Shown here piece by piece: positions 35,772-49,165 of a stretch of 64,000 bases of DNA. The notes beneath the pieces were generated by a model. That model did not search any database. It saw only the letters and a program-made list of their open reading frames with translations, and was not told where the DNA came from. Location of the stretch: NCBI GenBank assembly GCA_002269645.1, contig NIVC01000901.1:76173-140172 (forward strand), written 5' to 3'. A program made the position numbers and the translations under genes. The stretch is from Macrostomum lignano (taxonomy: Eukaryota). The number at the start of each line of letters is the position of its first letter. The stretch's first letter is position 1.

Positions 35772-37025
35772 ATGTCGCACAGCCGATTTTGGTTAATGCT
35801 TTCTGTTACCATGGTAATACTCAATCAATCTGTTCATTCCAAGAGAGATTATCAAATAGAATTGATGAAGTATCTGAAGAACAACATCACGGACTACAGT
35901 CCGATAGTTCGGCCAGTGTTGGACCCGGACCAGGTGATGCTATTCAATTTCACCTTTCTGCTCAGCCAAATTGTAGCTGTGGACAGCGCTAAGCAGACTG
36001 TCAAGATATCCGCTTACCTTCAGGCTGGCTGGACCGAGGAGCGGCTGGTCTGGGATCCGGCCGATTTTGGAAACGTGACTGTCATGGACTGGGACTCCAG
36101 TCAAATCTGGTTCCCCGTGATTCTCATTTACAATGGCGTAGGCGACAACCAGCTGCTCAAGCCGCAGTTTCCCATAATCCTCACTTCCAGTTCGCCCAGG
36201 GCAACAGTTGCAGAGACAACCTGAGAGCAGGAATGGGAGTTCTCCTGCAAATTCGACATGAGCCTATTTCCATTCGACAAGCACGTCTGCGACATGGAAC
36301 TGTTCTGCAGCGACCAAGGTCGGGGTCACCATCTTCTCCAGCCTGCCATTGGCAACCCAATGAACAATGAGCTGGCGATTTACGTCGTTAATAGCGAGTG
36401 GAGACTATTGAATCTGAGCACATTCGTGCATCTGAGGTACTACGAGATGCTCAAGGGCCAGCCAAAGTTGCCGCTGCCAAGCTACGTTATTCGCATGACT
36501 GTCGAGCGCGTGTCCAACTACTATCTGCTGAACGTGGTGGCTCCCCTGCTGCTGCTAACGCTGCTCCAGTTGCTGATTTTCATCGTGCCAGTCGAGTCCG
36601 GAGAGAAGCTGGGCTTCGGCATCACCATCATGCTGAGCTACACGGTGTTCCTGCTGCTGCTGGACGGCCTGCTGCCCAAGTCGCAGTCAATGCCGGCCGT
36701 GGCGTCCTTCATCACGGCGGCCATGGTGCTGTCGTCGCTGTCCCTGCTGCTCACGTCCGTCGTGATTCGATTCCACTTCGCTGCGGACACCCAGTCGATG
36801 CCGCCGTGTCTCCGTCTCGTGTTCGTGACCTGCCTGGGACGCCTGCTGTGCACCTCCACCAGCGACTCGAAGGTGGACGTCGGTGTCGAGGGCGCTCATC
36901 GACCGAGCCGCTCCGACTGGGTGGTGGCGGCGCTGGCCCTGGAGAGGCTGATGGCTTTGGTTGGCAGCGTTGCCATCGTTGTCATCTTTCTTGGGTATCT
37001 GCTGGCTCCGTTCGCAACTCACTGA
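35772..37025 (+). CDS. Intronless Cys-loop ligand-gated ion channel (nAChR-like, non-alpha) with one in-frame TGA at 36222-36224; readthrough gene or recent pseudogene
   Basis: ORFs 35772-36224 and 36258-37025 are in the same frame. Signal peptide, RPV, WxExRLxWDP, WFPVILIYN, Cys-loop CKFDMSLFPFDKHVC, four TM helices, GEK before M2. Confidence 0.9.
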
Positions 37026-38139
37026 GCTGCACCTCCAAGCGCAGCTTTGGGCAGAACTTCACTATTCAAAATTAAATTTAACTTCGCACCAAGTCGTTAA
37101 TTGGTCGCAAACTTTAAATTGTCAATTTAGCAATACGTATTTTCAATTCGAAACCTAATATGCAGACCCTGGGAAGTACTTTCCCCGATCAAGAAGTTTA
37201 TTAGAATTGAAAAAAAGTTTCTCTAAAATTTTGAGCTTATATTTGTTAATTGTTCGACACATTTTTAGCCACTAGCTGCTATTGTGGTGAATCACTCTTA
37301 TGCCTACATTATACCTAATGTTTCTTTTTATCTTATAAACATTTTATAACAATTTGCTATATCCTGTTCTTACTTTTACTGAATCATTTCTGCAGGCTAT
37401 TTTAGTTTTTTATGTTGTTCAGTAATTTATTCTTGGTCACATGGACACCTCAGTAATTTTATGACGAATCGAAGCTACTATAGTGAGTTGCAGTAAGTTG
37501 TAAGTTGCTGCGATCGTGCGGAATAGACAATAATCTCTGCGAATAGAAAAAATAAGCACATTTTGAAGGAATTGATTTAACAAAATTAATAATTGCCAAC
37601 CGGCGAAGGTCGAATTACTGCATGCCCATTCCGCCGACTCCCCTGAGCAGGCACACAAGCGTGCGGATACGTACGCAGCCATAGCTACGCACAGGCACAC
37701 ACTCACACAGGAGTTATAGCGGCTTATTGCACGAGCAGAGCCAAGCCGAGATTCCAATTTAGCCACAAATGTAAGTGACTGCAGTTGGAATCGAACCTGG
37801 GCCACTGGCCGCTTGATTATTCGAATTCAAACAAACAATCTTTTAGTTTAAATTCACGTTCAAATTTTCCCGGCCACAGGTAAATTAATTAATCCTTTCA
37901 CTTTTCGCAAGGCTGCTAGAGGCTGCTAAGGAAATGGGGTTCCGTCCAATAGAAAGTCTGTGCCAGAAAAATACAATTTCTCGAGTACTCTAGATAGTAG
38001 CTATGCAGAGACTTCTATAGCTATCTAGAGCTGCTAAAAATTGAGTCAGGAATTCTTTGATGCTGGTCACTGTAAGCCAGTCGTTAGAAGGTTTAATTCA
38101 GCCTTTACCATGCGTCACAGTCAGAGACAAGAACAGGAG

Positions 38140-38690
38140 CTTTAGCACCAGGGGCCTCAGCACCAGGGGCTTTAACACCAGGGGCTTTAGCACCAGGGGC
38201 CTCAGCACCAGGGGCTTTAGCACCAGGGGCTTTAGCACCAGGGGCTTTAGCACCAGGGGCCTCAGCACCAGGGGCTTTAGCACCAGGGGCTTTAGCACCA
38301 GGGGCCTCAGCACCAGGGGCTTTAACACCAGGGCTTTAGCACCAGGGGCCTCAGCACCAGGGGCTTTAGCACCAGGGGCTTTAGCACCAGGGACCTCAGC
38401 ACCAGGGGCTTTAACACCAGGGGCTTTAGCACCAGGGGCCTCAGCACCAGGGACTTTAACACCAGGGGCTTTAGCACCAGGGGCCTCAGCACCAGGGGCT
38501 TTAGCACCAGGGGCTTTAGCACCAGGGGCCTCAGCACCAGGGGCTTTAACACCAGGGGCTTTAGCAGCAGGGGCTTTAGCACCAGGGGCTTTAGCACCAG
38601 GAGGCTTTAGCATCAGGGCCGCCAGCACCAAGGGGGCGCCCAACACCAGGGGCGCCAGAGCACCAGGGGCGCCAGCACCACGGGTGTCAG
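38140..38690 (-). repeat. 15-bp tandem repeat (AGCACCAGGGGCTTT)n
   Basis: Its reverse complement AAAGCCCCTGGTGCT differs from the 35.1-kb unit by one T. Confidence 0.95.
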
Positions 38691-39663
38691 CTTCAACCAT
38701 TGATTTTGTTTGTGTCAGCCGTGTGAACCAAATCGAGAAGCTCTGCTAGATAATAACTTAAAAGAATTTTAGCATCCAAAGTCTCAAAGTTTTACCCGAA
38801 CACAAAGCGCACTGAAGGCCATGGTTAAAAATAATCTTATTATAGCAAAAGCGAAGACGATAAGCAGTGCCATATCGTATATTGATGAGTAAGAGGTGCA
38901 AAAAGCATTTACACTAAGACGCTGTAATCTGCAAGCTGTTATTCCTATTTTAAATACAGGCCCACAGCTTCCTGACTAGACTAGACTGGACGAGGAAGTC
39001 AGTTAAATTGAAGAATAGCGGAATTTACGGCGACAGCCAGAGGATCTAAAGTATAAAAAATTGTTGGAGATGTTTGAATTTGTCAAAATTACCAAAGTAG
39101 ATGAAGCATTATAGTTATCATCATAGGAAGCAATATTTTATAGTAATTAATTTGTAATAAATTCATGGAAATTACCATTATAAAGAAAGTCGCAAGCGCT
39201 CTACTAAAAGTAGTCAAAACAGGATATGCGAGAATTTTACTACATTGAACCCTATATACTGATCATAAGTCTGTTGAAGTAGCTATTTTTTCACAAACTG
39301 CAGCCTTTTGAATGATTGACAAAAACTTTTTTAGAGAATGAATAAAACTTCTAGAGATGCTTCTGTCTGGTGATTAGATATCAACTATAAGCACTGAAAG
39401 CATTCATTGCAATAGCTTGCAAAAAGCAAAATAAATCAAGGCATTCTTGTGCACTTAAACTGCAGCTTCTAAACAATCGTCAAGAAAGAACCGCTAGAAG
39501 CTACCGTTGTGGTCAGGATGCAACGCTCAATATAAAGTACTTGGCAGCACAGAAGGTGAGATTTTGACAGATTAAGAGCGAGAGTCGTACACGTCCTCAT
39601 AAAACCGGTAACTTCTGGCGGTTGCTATCGTCAAATTAGTTCAGACAAATACCACCGTTATAG

Positions 39664-41635
39664 TTACGAACTCTGCTGAAATGGCACCAAGCAGAACAGC
39701 ATGTCGGAGTTCAACAGACGAAACCCGGACCCAGGATTGGTGATGACCACTCGCTTAGTAGTCTGCAGCTCAACGGTGCTGTAGCTGTCGCGATACCGGT
39801 ACACCCCCAGCGGGAGGATGCCGTGCGACTTGAACACGCCGGTGAACAGGTCGCCGAATGTGCCCTGCTCGTGCGGCCTCAGTCGCGGATCCAGCATGGA
39901 CAATTGCATCGCTCGACATCGATGCCGATTAGCTTGAATCTCCGGCGTCTCCTCCGTGCCATCCAGGTTGAGCCCCTCGGCCATGAGCACCTCCATCTCG
40001 GGCGTGGCGCCGCCAGTCACCAGTGTGCGAATCAGCGTCATGGCGTTCATGTTGTGAAACACGGTTGACATCAGCGAGTCCAACACCCCGGCCGTGAACG
40101 CGTTGCCGCAGGCGTACGGCTGCGAGTTGTATATCTCCTCTTCATCGGCATCATCGTCCTCCTGATCGAGGAATTGAATATTCTTACCGACGAAGATCTC
40201 GGTAAGAATGGGCACCGCCACCTTGGCCAGTAGGGACTTCGATTTGGCGTCTTTGCTCTGAAAGGCTTGCAATTGAGCCTGCACACTGGTGTCGAGACCT
40301 TCGGCAAATGACATTGCTTTGATGTTGAGCGTGCACAACACCACTTCCTTGTCCATTAAGTAGGGATCCACCTGGTCCTTCCACCTCGACTTGGCGCTCA
40401 GTATGACGCACATGTCGCACAGGTTGATCTTGGCGCTCCGCAGGATCACGCGGTTCATTGGCGAACCGGGAAACATGTAGATTTTTGGGAAGTTCTTCAA
40501 CGAACCCCATTCGCGTTGAAGGAAGTCGAGATTGCCAATAAAAACGATTGGCCTTAGCTCGTTCAGACGGAAGTTGCTGGCCCGCAGAGGCATCACGAAG
40601 CTGCGCAGTCCGATTAAAGGCGAGTCGCTATCGGCGAACACGATGACAACGTAGTGCTGCCTGAGGTCAAGTCTTGCAACGCTATTAGGCGTCAGCATAA
40701 CGTCCTCAAAGTTCTTGTCCGGACACCAGTGGAACATGCCAGTGAGATCAAAGTACTCCACGGACTCTTTTCTCGGTTCGACAAATTCGCCAAAATTGTC
40801 CTCTGAGCCGAACTCGGCCTCCTTCAGTGTGGCGAGCGCCTTGTTAGACACGACTTGAATCTCTGGCCGACGAACGTTGGCACTGTTGCCGCGAAGTCTG
40901 GTCAACTCGTGCGTCTCCCCGCAGCAGTGCCCGGAATCGACTCCGGGAGCACCTGCCGAATCCTCAGCGCGTGTACAGCTGCACGCCTTGATCTGCTTCG
41001 GCTCGGTAACGTCGCTGTGACACTTCCGACAGTACAGGTAGGCTCGTCGCACCCCCTCCTGCGAGTCGGCGATGAAAAATCCGTGGCAGCCGTGATAGAT
41101 GACGGTGTCCCTGCCGCTGGGGTTGATTGACAGAAATCTGTCGCCGTCATCGCTTTTGTCCTCCATCGCAAAGAGGAGAATCCCCAGTTTGTTGAAGCTG
41201 ACTTCCACTGCGTCCTGGAATGGCATGCCGACAAATGAGTCGCTGAAGTACTCGGAGTAGATCTCCATTGCGCTGCCAATCTGGTAGTCCTTCTCCCAGG
41301 TGTTGGCGCGAACTGATTTGCACATGGCTCTGGTAGAGAACAGGTTCGCCATCAGAGTAGAAAAGCCAGGCGCCAGGCAGCTCTGCGCCAGGAAGCCCTG
41401 CTTGAGCTCGGCGAGGCAAACGCATTCGTCACCGAATCGCCAATCCCAGTTCGGTATGTTCAGCAAGTAGCCTTTGTTGTGATACTGCAGCAGCTGGATG
41501 ATGCAGCGAGTTGTTGGCGAGGCATTTTTTATCGAAATGACACGCATGATGTTTGAAGCGTCCTCTGCGTCCGGGTCCTCGGTGTGCTTGTTGCCGAGGA
41601 CGATCACGGCTGAGGCTGACTCAAGATCGACTCGT
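39664..41635 (-). CDS. KCNMA1: Slo1/BK Ca2+-activated K+ channel, exon 3 (most of RCK1 + RCK2, Ca bowl)
   Basis: Acceptor cccttaacag|A reads Q-RVDLESASAVIVLGNK; LAELKQGFLAQSC, CRKCH, Ca bowl QFLDQEDDDADEEEIY..QPYACG. Confidence 0.95.
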
Positions 41636-42715
41636 CTGTTAAGGGGGGGGGGGTTTCATTGGTGGATGTGAATTTCTTAGTGCTGAGATTAAAATCTATC
41701 GACTTTGATAAAGACAAACAAAGAAATATTCAAACAAAAGGATAGTTCTCAGGATTCCTGTTTCGAAAATATGCTGTACTTTTTCTTGACTTGATCCGTC
41801 TCCAATAACTACATCTTTTCCCATTCTACGAGCGTGGACCTGAAAAATCGTTAAATGTGTCGCTTTAGAAGGCGTGGTTCCCGGAACTGAATGCACATTG
41901 TACGAAACGCTACCACCATAACCGTCTGAACCGAATTAAAATATTTCAACTATGACGGATAACATAACAAAGTAGACTGGAAAAGATGTGCAGTACTTTT
42001 AAAAAACTTTAAATCGGTACACCTTCAATCAACAAGGTTAATTAATAATTCAAGACATTATTAATTTTGTATACCAGCGTATTTTTGCTTACAACCAGTT
42101 TTGCAACTATCTAATGCATTGACAGTAGCAGTTCAGTCTGCATAGCTTGTATAGCGATGGAACAGGATTCCAGCAGTGTAATTAGGCCCACGTAAACCAT
42201 GGGTTTAGAATCCACAGCAGCCAATTCAAGGAAAAAGTACAATTGGAAATATTCCCCTATTAGAAGCAAAAATCGGTCAGACGCAGGTTTGAATGATATG
42301 CCTTTTGGATTGATTTCCCCCCTCCGAGGGAGTAGTTTGAAGCTTACATCCTCCACTATGCGTCGTTTTTCATTTGCTCTGACTAGAAGCAATTCTAAAC
42401 CCAAGACGCTCTATGGGGGCGGCGGCTTCCAAACCAGGTAAGCGCCCATTAGTATCCGCGTGGTAACTGCAGCTGTCGCTTGTAATTGGAGCTACATGTA
42501 TTGTAGAACTACGAGTACCTAGAATTAGGCATGCCATTTGCGCATACCAACAAGCTATAAGTTCCGGTAAGGTTTGCCTTTCTTTAACTTCAAAGCATAA
42601 TTTATTCTTCTTTCACATTCTGTGCACTCATAGATCAATATATTGATTACTACGTGCGCTTGCTTTTCTAGCTCTTGATGTCCTGCTTTGATAATTTAGG
42701 TAGAATTGGGTTGAC

Positions 42716-43450
42716 TTAGGTGAGGAGTGGGGTGAGGAGTGGGGTGAGGAATAAGGTGATGAGTAGGGTGAGGAGTGGGGTGAGGAGTGGGGTGAGGAAT
42801 GGGGTGATAAGTAGGGTGAGGAGGGGGTGAGGAGTGGGGTGAGGAATGGGGTGATGAGTGGGGTGAGGAGTGGGGTGAGGAGTGGGGTGAGGAATGGGGT
42901 GATGAGTAGGGTGAGGAGTGGGGTGAGGAGTGGGGTGAGGAATGGGGTGAGGAATGGGGTGATAAGTAGGGTGAGGAGGGGGTGAGGAGTGGGGTGAGGA
43001 ATGGGGTGATGAGTGGGGTGAGGAGTGGGGTGAGGAGTGGGGTGAGGAATGGGGTGATGAGTAGGGTGAGGAGTGGGGTGAGGAGTGGGGTGAGGAATGG
43101 GGTGATGAGTGGGGTGAGGAATGGGGTGATGAGTGGGGTGAGGAATGGGGTGATGAGTAGGGTGAGGAGGGGGTGAGGAGGGGGTGAGGAGTGGGGTGAG
43201 GAATGGGGTGATGAGTGGGGTGAGGAGTCGGGTGAGGAGTCGGGTGAGGAGTCGGGTGAGGAGTGGGGTGAGGAGTGGGGTGAGGAGTGGGGTGATGAGT
43301 GGGGTGAGGAGTGGGGTGAGGAGTCGGGTGAGGAGTGGGGTGAGGAATGGAGTGAGGAGTGGGGTGAGGAGTGGGGTGAGGAGTCGAGTGAGGAGTGGGG
43401 TGAGGAGTGCGGTGAGAAGTGAAGTGAGAAGTGAGGTGAGGAGTGGGGTG
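42716..43450. repeat. 12-bp G-rich tandem repeat (GGGGTGAGGAGT)n in Slo intron 2
   Basis: ~60 units. Confidence 0.95.
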
Positions 43451-43643
43451 TGAGATAGGGTATGGAGTACTTAGGCCTGAAAGTATTAATCGTGAAGTGG
43501 ATGATGGTTGGGGATAGAAAGGTTGACTTCGACTTGGACTATGCGGTTGTTTAGATGGCTCAGAGAGAAATGGAATTTCCAAGCAAATGCTTGCAGTTTG
43601 TGAATCTCAAAGTACTCAAAGCAAGGTTTGCCCAGTCACTCAC

Positions 43644-44068
43644 TGGCAATCAGCCGGACTCAGCACCGTCCCGGTAAAGTACACAACTCGACCGAAGTTT
43701 CTCTTCAGCAATCCTTGAAACTCCAAGTTCGGCTCCTTCTTGTTGATGCAAACCACTTCAACGTCAGTCTCCTGCCGGTCCTCGTGCAGAAAGTCGCTGA
43801 GGAAGCTCTCAATTGAGTCGAATGTCACGGCGCCGCAGACGATGACGTGCTTCCTGCCGTGCTCTTTCTTGTAGCTGCCGGCGTACGGGCTCCTGCTGGT
43901 GATGATCTCAGCAATCTCCGGGATGAAGGAGGCGAAAATACCCAAGGCGAACATGATGTAGATTGAGATAAAGAACTTGCCCCAGCTGGTCTTGGGCGAG
44001 ATATCGCCAAAACCAACTGTGCTCATTGTCACGATGGTGAAATACAGACAGTCTCCGAAGCTTATCGG
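43644..44068 (-). CDS. KCNMA1: Slo1/BK channel, exon 2 (pore, S6, start of RCK1)
   Basis: aatttgcag|CCG...CA|gtgagt; YFTIVTMSTVGFGD, FIPEIAEII, KHVIVCG, DFLHEDR. Confidence 0.95.
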
Positions 44069-44209
44069 CTGCAAATTAGATTGGTATCACGTGACGTCAG
44101 CATTATTATGTCTCGACTGTGTTATGGAGTAGAGCCTTACTATGAAAGTGCGTGGATTAGCACCTGCACTCTACATGTAGCTTGAGGGGTTCCATTCAAG
44201 GTTTAATAA

Positions 44210-45055
44210 GCACCCCTCTAGATGTAATAAGCGTCTCTATAGTGTAATAAGCACCTGTCCAGGAGTAATAAGCGTCTCTATAGTGTAATAATCACCCGTA
44301 CCCCTCTAGGTGTAATAAGCGTCTCTATAGTGTAATAAGCACCTCTCTAGGTGTAATAAGCGTCTCTATAGTGTAATAAGCACCTGTCCAGGTGTAATAA
44401 GCGTCTCTATAGTGTAATAAGCACCTGTCCAGGTGTAATAAGCGTCTCTATAGTGTAATAAGCGCCACTCTAGGTGTAATAAGCGTCTCTATAGTGTAAT
44501 AAGCGTCTCTATAGTGTAATAAGCGTCTCTATAGTGTAATAAGCGTCTCTATAGTGTAATAAGCACCTGTCCAGGTGTAATAAGCGTCTCTATAGTGTAA
44601 TAAGCGTCTCTATAGTGTAATAAGCGTCTCTATAGTGTAATAAGCACCTGTCCAGGTGTAATAAGCGTCTCTATAGTGTAATAAGCGCCACTCTAGGTGT
44701 AATAAGCGTCTCTATAGTGTAATAAGCGTCTCTATAGTGTAATAAGCGTCTCTATAGTGTAATAAGCGTCTCTATAGTGTAATAAGCACCTGTCCAGGTG
44801 TAATAAGCGTCTCTTTAGTGTAATAAGCGCCACTCTAGGTGTAATAATCGTCTCTATAGTGTAATAAGCGCCACTCTAGGTGTAATAAGCGTCTCTATAG
44901 TGCAATAAGCACCTGTCCAGGTGTAATAAGCGTCTCTATAGTGTAATAAGCGCCACTCTAGGTGTAATAAGCGTCTCTATAGTGTAATAAGCACCTCTCT
45001 AGGTGTTGTAAGTGTCCCTCTAGGTGTAGTTAGCGCCACTTCAGGTGTAATAAGT
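44210..45055. repeat. 20-bp minisatellite (TATAGTGTAATAAGCGTCTC)n in Slo intron 1
   Basis: ~40 units with interspersed variants (GCACCTGTCCAGG, GCGCCACTCTAGG). Confidence 0.94.
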
Positions 45056-45715
45056 ATCAGTTAGCTCGTGACTGATTAGGTAATATACAGTGTAATATGC
45101 AGCTAGTGTATTATACACTGCATAGTGAGTTACTGCCCTGCAAAGTCAATCCTTCTTCAACCGCGACAATCAACGGTTTACACATGATTAAAGGGTTTGG
45201 GCGACGGATGGAAAGGAGGTTCTAAGAAAGTACGCTTCTTTCTATTCATTTTTTCGCTAGTTTTTTTCTCACTCTCCTCACTCTCTCGTCTCGAGCGCTC
45301 TATCAAGTTCAACTCTTAGTAAGACAGCGCATCTTTGCCTTCCCTCCTCCCCATGTTTTATTAGTTTCCACGAGCTATTTGAAAAGGCATCCATTACTCT
45401 CCTGCAAAATTGTCCGGTAACCAGTGCGGCAGAGAGGGGCTTGGTAACTGGGACAATTTATATTGCACCGGCGGCTAAATAACATCAGAAGCTGCGCTTA
45501 AGGTTTGCACTTTTTTTCGTTCAACTGGCTGCCGATAAGTCGCTTGCAGATTAGGAAAAAAACTTTTTTTACTTGGCGGCGGTCTGGAAGCAATAAATCA
45601 TGTGCATTTTTTCCCCTGGCTAATACCTGCAGGTAAACTTATCCACTGAGGACAGAAATGGCCCAATAAAGACCGTCTGGGTTCCGCTGCTGGATGCAAT
45701 GAGTATTGGCTATGT

Positions 45716-45897
<182 letters not shown>

Positions 45898-46346
45898 AAG
45901 TCAGAAGGATGCTTCAGTAAGCAGAATGTTGATTGGAGCAATGAAGAATTTTTTCATTAGCTAAGTGAAAGCTGCTTGAGGCCCAAGGCGGCGTCAGGGC
46001 AGGAGAGTCCATCGTAAAGAAAATCCAATCATTTTCCAAGCTGCATTTTCAGCTGTTTGCTTCCACAAGCTCACCATGGCTGCCCCAGAGCATCTTTGCG
46101 CATAATTGGATTTTCTGGCAACCCAGCCTCTAAAAAGTGCACCTCCTTCTTCACTTCCTCTGCCTTGGGAGTAAACAGAAGCAGAAATGCAAGTAGATCA
46201 TTTGTACGACGTCCTACCATTTGGAATATTTAAGTTCTGTTTTCCTTTTTTACCCATCGCGGTTTGCGTAGCGTTGGTTTTTATGCAAATCGGGGTGTCA
46301 GCGTCCTCCAACGATAATAAATTACGCACAAAACTTTGCAACTCAC

Positions 46347-47312
46347 ATTCGGATTGCTGTAGTCACTCTGCGGATCTCCCGTGTTCTCAAACAGGTGCGT
46401 GACCCCGGCTCCGATAAGCCAGACGCTCAGGAAGATTGTGATCATCTGCAGGGAGCGGATGATGGCTCCAGACTTGACGGCGCTGACGCTCTGCAGCACG
46501 TCTGGCAGCGTCATGACTCTCAGGCTGCGCATGAACCGGAGTCCCAGCCAGGACTGGCTGAGGCACAGGCTCACGAAGGCTGGCGGTACAGTGCAGTAGT
46601 CCACCACCGAGTAGAGCTCCAGCCAGAACCAGAACTTGTCCTGCGCAGCCAGAAACCTGATGCAGAAAAACAACAAGAAGACGGTATTGAAAGCCAGGTC
46701 AGCCTGACTGAGTGGATTCCGCGACCAGGGCGTGCAGTTCTCAGTGGACCCGATTAGCTGGTTGGCCTCAATGATGTAGATTCCTGCCGACGAGATGCTC
46801 AGAACAAAGACTAGCACGGCTAGGATTCGACCGCTGACGCTTTGTGCGCTGATCAAATCGCTGGCCCAGTCGCGAATGGCTGAACTGCCGCTCGCTACGG
46901 AGCTGCCAGTTCGAGTGGCGTTGGGCGCGATTGCGACGCCGTCTTGTTGCTGCTGCTGCTGCTGCGAGCTTGTTGCTGCGGCTCCTGGCGCGATAAGCGC
47001 GCCCCCGCTGCTAGCGCTTCCGCTTCTCAGTGACTTCTGCTGCTCGTGCACCTCGTACTGATGATGATGGTTGCCGCCAGTCCCGGGGCGACCGCGCTGA
47101 CGCCGTTGAAAGAGTTTGATCAGCCGGTTAACTACTCGGTAGAGCACGAGAAAGAGCAGTCCGCCCAGGAAGGCCAGGGCTGTCGAGGCCAGATGGTAAT
47201 GCCATCGGCGCTCCGTGCAGGCTTGGACGCTGCCAGGGGCTGTCGGCAGGACGGGAGCGGACCTGGTTGCAACGTTTGACGTATCGTTGAAAGCGGCAAT
47301 TGTTGCGACCAT
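46347..47312 (-). CDS. KCNMA1: Slo1/BK channel, exon 1 (S0-S5)
   Basis: First in-frame ATG 47312 (the ORF-track start at 47357 is TTG); DWASDLISAQS..GRIL, S4 LRFMRSLR; donor AAT|gtgagt. Total 3363 nt = 1120 aa + stop. Confidence 0.92.
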
Positions 47313-49165
47313 GTCGGCTCCAGTTGGCAGAAATGATTTCGGCTGCAGCTCCAGCAACGCGTGGCCTGTTGCGCGCTCTGTTGCGATGCGAATCTCCCTT
47401 GGATTTTTTGAATTAAGACCGGGCCCCTCTTCTATAGTTGGGAGGCTTGCAGTGCGCGCCCAACCAACCTTCGTAATGCCCTGCTAGCTCTCTGTCTCTC
47501 TGCCTCTCTTACCCTTTTCCAGTATTTTCTCCTCCTCCTCCTAGAAGCCTTGAAGCAGACAGCAAATGAAAGATCAGAAGGAGAGAGAAAGAGGGTTGGG
47601 AGCCGAGAGGGAGAGGGAGCGCAAGGAGTACGCAACACGTTCAAATAGCTACACACGCACACACTATACGATGCCCTCCCGAACTATACCATAGCAAGCT
47701 GACACTTCCTGGTTGAAGGCTACCTGGAATTGTAATATTTCTTTCCTAGATTTTTCAGTAACATATTTCCAGCAATATATTTATTTAATCAGCTTGGTTG
47801 GCAACGCTAAAATATACAATGGTCAATGGGGACACTAAATGCGTCCACTTCCTTATGGTTAGTGCGTTAATGCTCAGAACGTGTTGTTTAAAACTTTACC
47901 TATCCAAAAATGACGGATGTAGCTAGGGCCAGCTATGGGTTCTACCTTCCCATTATCAGTGCTACATTTCCCCAGCGCGTGCATTCTCGTATCTGCATCG
48001 GTCGCCACACACCAAACATCCCTTGGGCAGATTCAAATCCGCACACACTCCAACGAAGCCATTATTGCATTCCGATGTTAAATATCAATAGAGCCAGTAG
48101 AGCGCCCACAAGAACTACCGCATGTTTGAAATTGGAAAGGTTATTCAACATGTACGAGTTAAGTACCAAGTACGCGCAGGGCCATCCAAGAGCCCAAGCT
48201 TGAATGCAATGCAGATTACTATCCGAAGGAAAAAACTTTCACGGACGGACGGAAGATGTTAACTGAGATCAGGAAATTACAGCTCACTAAATAACTTTCG
48301 GATCAACAGTGAATAAATGCGGGGTGCTACTCACCTATATGAAGCGACATTGTTCAGGATATTAAATCATTTTGCGATCACCTGTTTCCTGAAGATATTT
48401 ATTGAGTAATACACTGTACACTTCTCTATTAAGGCGCTGCGAACCATGGTGGTCAGGAGGAACAAGACCGTGCTCCATGTCAGGTGGAATGTTTTTCCAC
48501 TGTAAACCACAATTGGAGAAAATATTCGCAAAAGAGTTGCAGACACCCTGGCGCAACGCCTTCTGGATAGCTCTGCCCACTCAGCGGACTCCTGTGCTCA
48601 CCAGCGCGCCAGCACGCAGATAGTGTTTGCCAGCACGTCTGCGAAAGTCGGACTCGTTTACGTCTGAGCTCAGAATCAAGCGTTAACAAACAAACGTTTA
48701 ATGGATTACGTTTATGCGCGGGATATGAGTAGATTTTCTACTGTTACTAACCATGCCCTTCATTAATTATTCCCTCAACGCAAAAACCCCAGAAATGTAA
48801 ATTCCGCGCATACATCAAGACGATTGCATGGTGGGAAAACTGCACTTCAATGCCAGAAGTTGTAAACAGTGCAGTTCCACTTCACCTTATCCGCGTTCCT
48901 TGTTTGCAAATACAAGCGGAGCACCCTCAGCGCTTTCGGGCTGTCTTTCTATGATAAGAGCAAAAAACTGTGGATCGGTTCCTTGTCAACACGAGAAATT
49001 CATATTTACCTGGTGCGCCAGAATCTTGAGGGCTTAGAACCACCGATGTTTTTATCGGCAAGCTATGTTGAATACATTATGCAAATACATATTTAGGAGT
49101 AAATTAAATGAAAAGTTATGGTCTTAGAAAAAATGTGTTTCCATAGCGACCATGAAAAGCTAGGA

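Noticed and set aside
37025-37600. SECIS element supporting selenocysteine at the channel TGA
   Set aside because: No convincing AUGA/GA quartet with apical AA found by eye; needs SECISearch.
48330-49100. Several 70-75-aa ORFs between Slo and the small gene
   Set aside because: No consistent splice sites or motifs.
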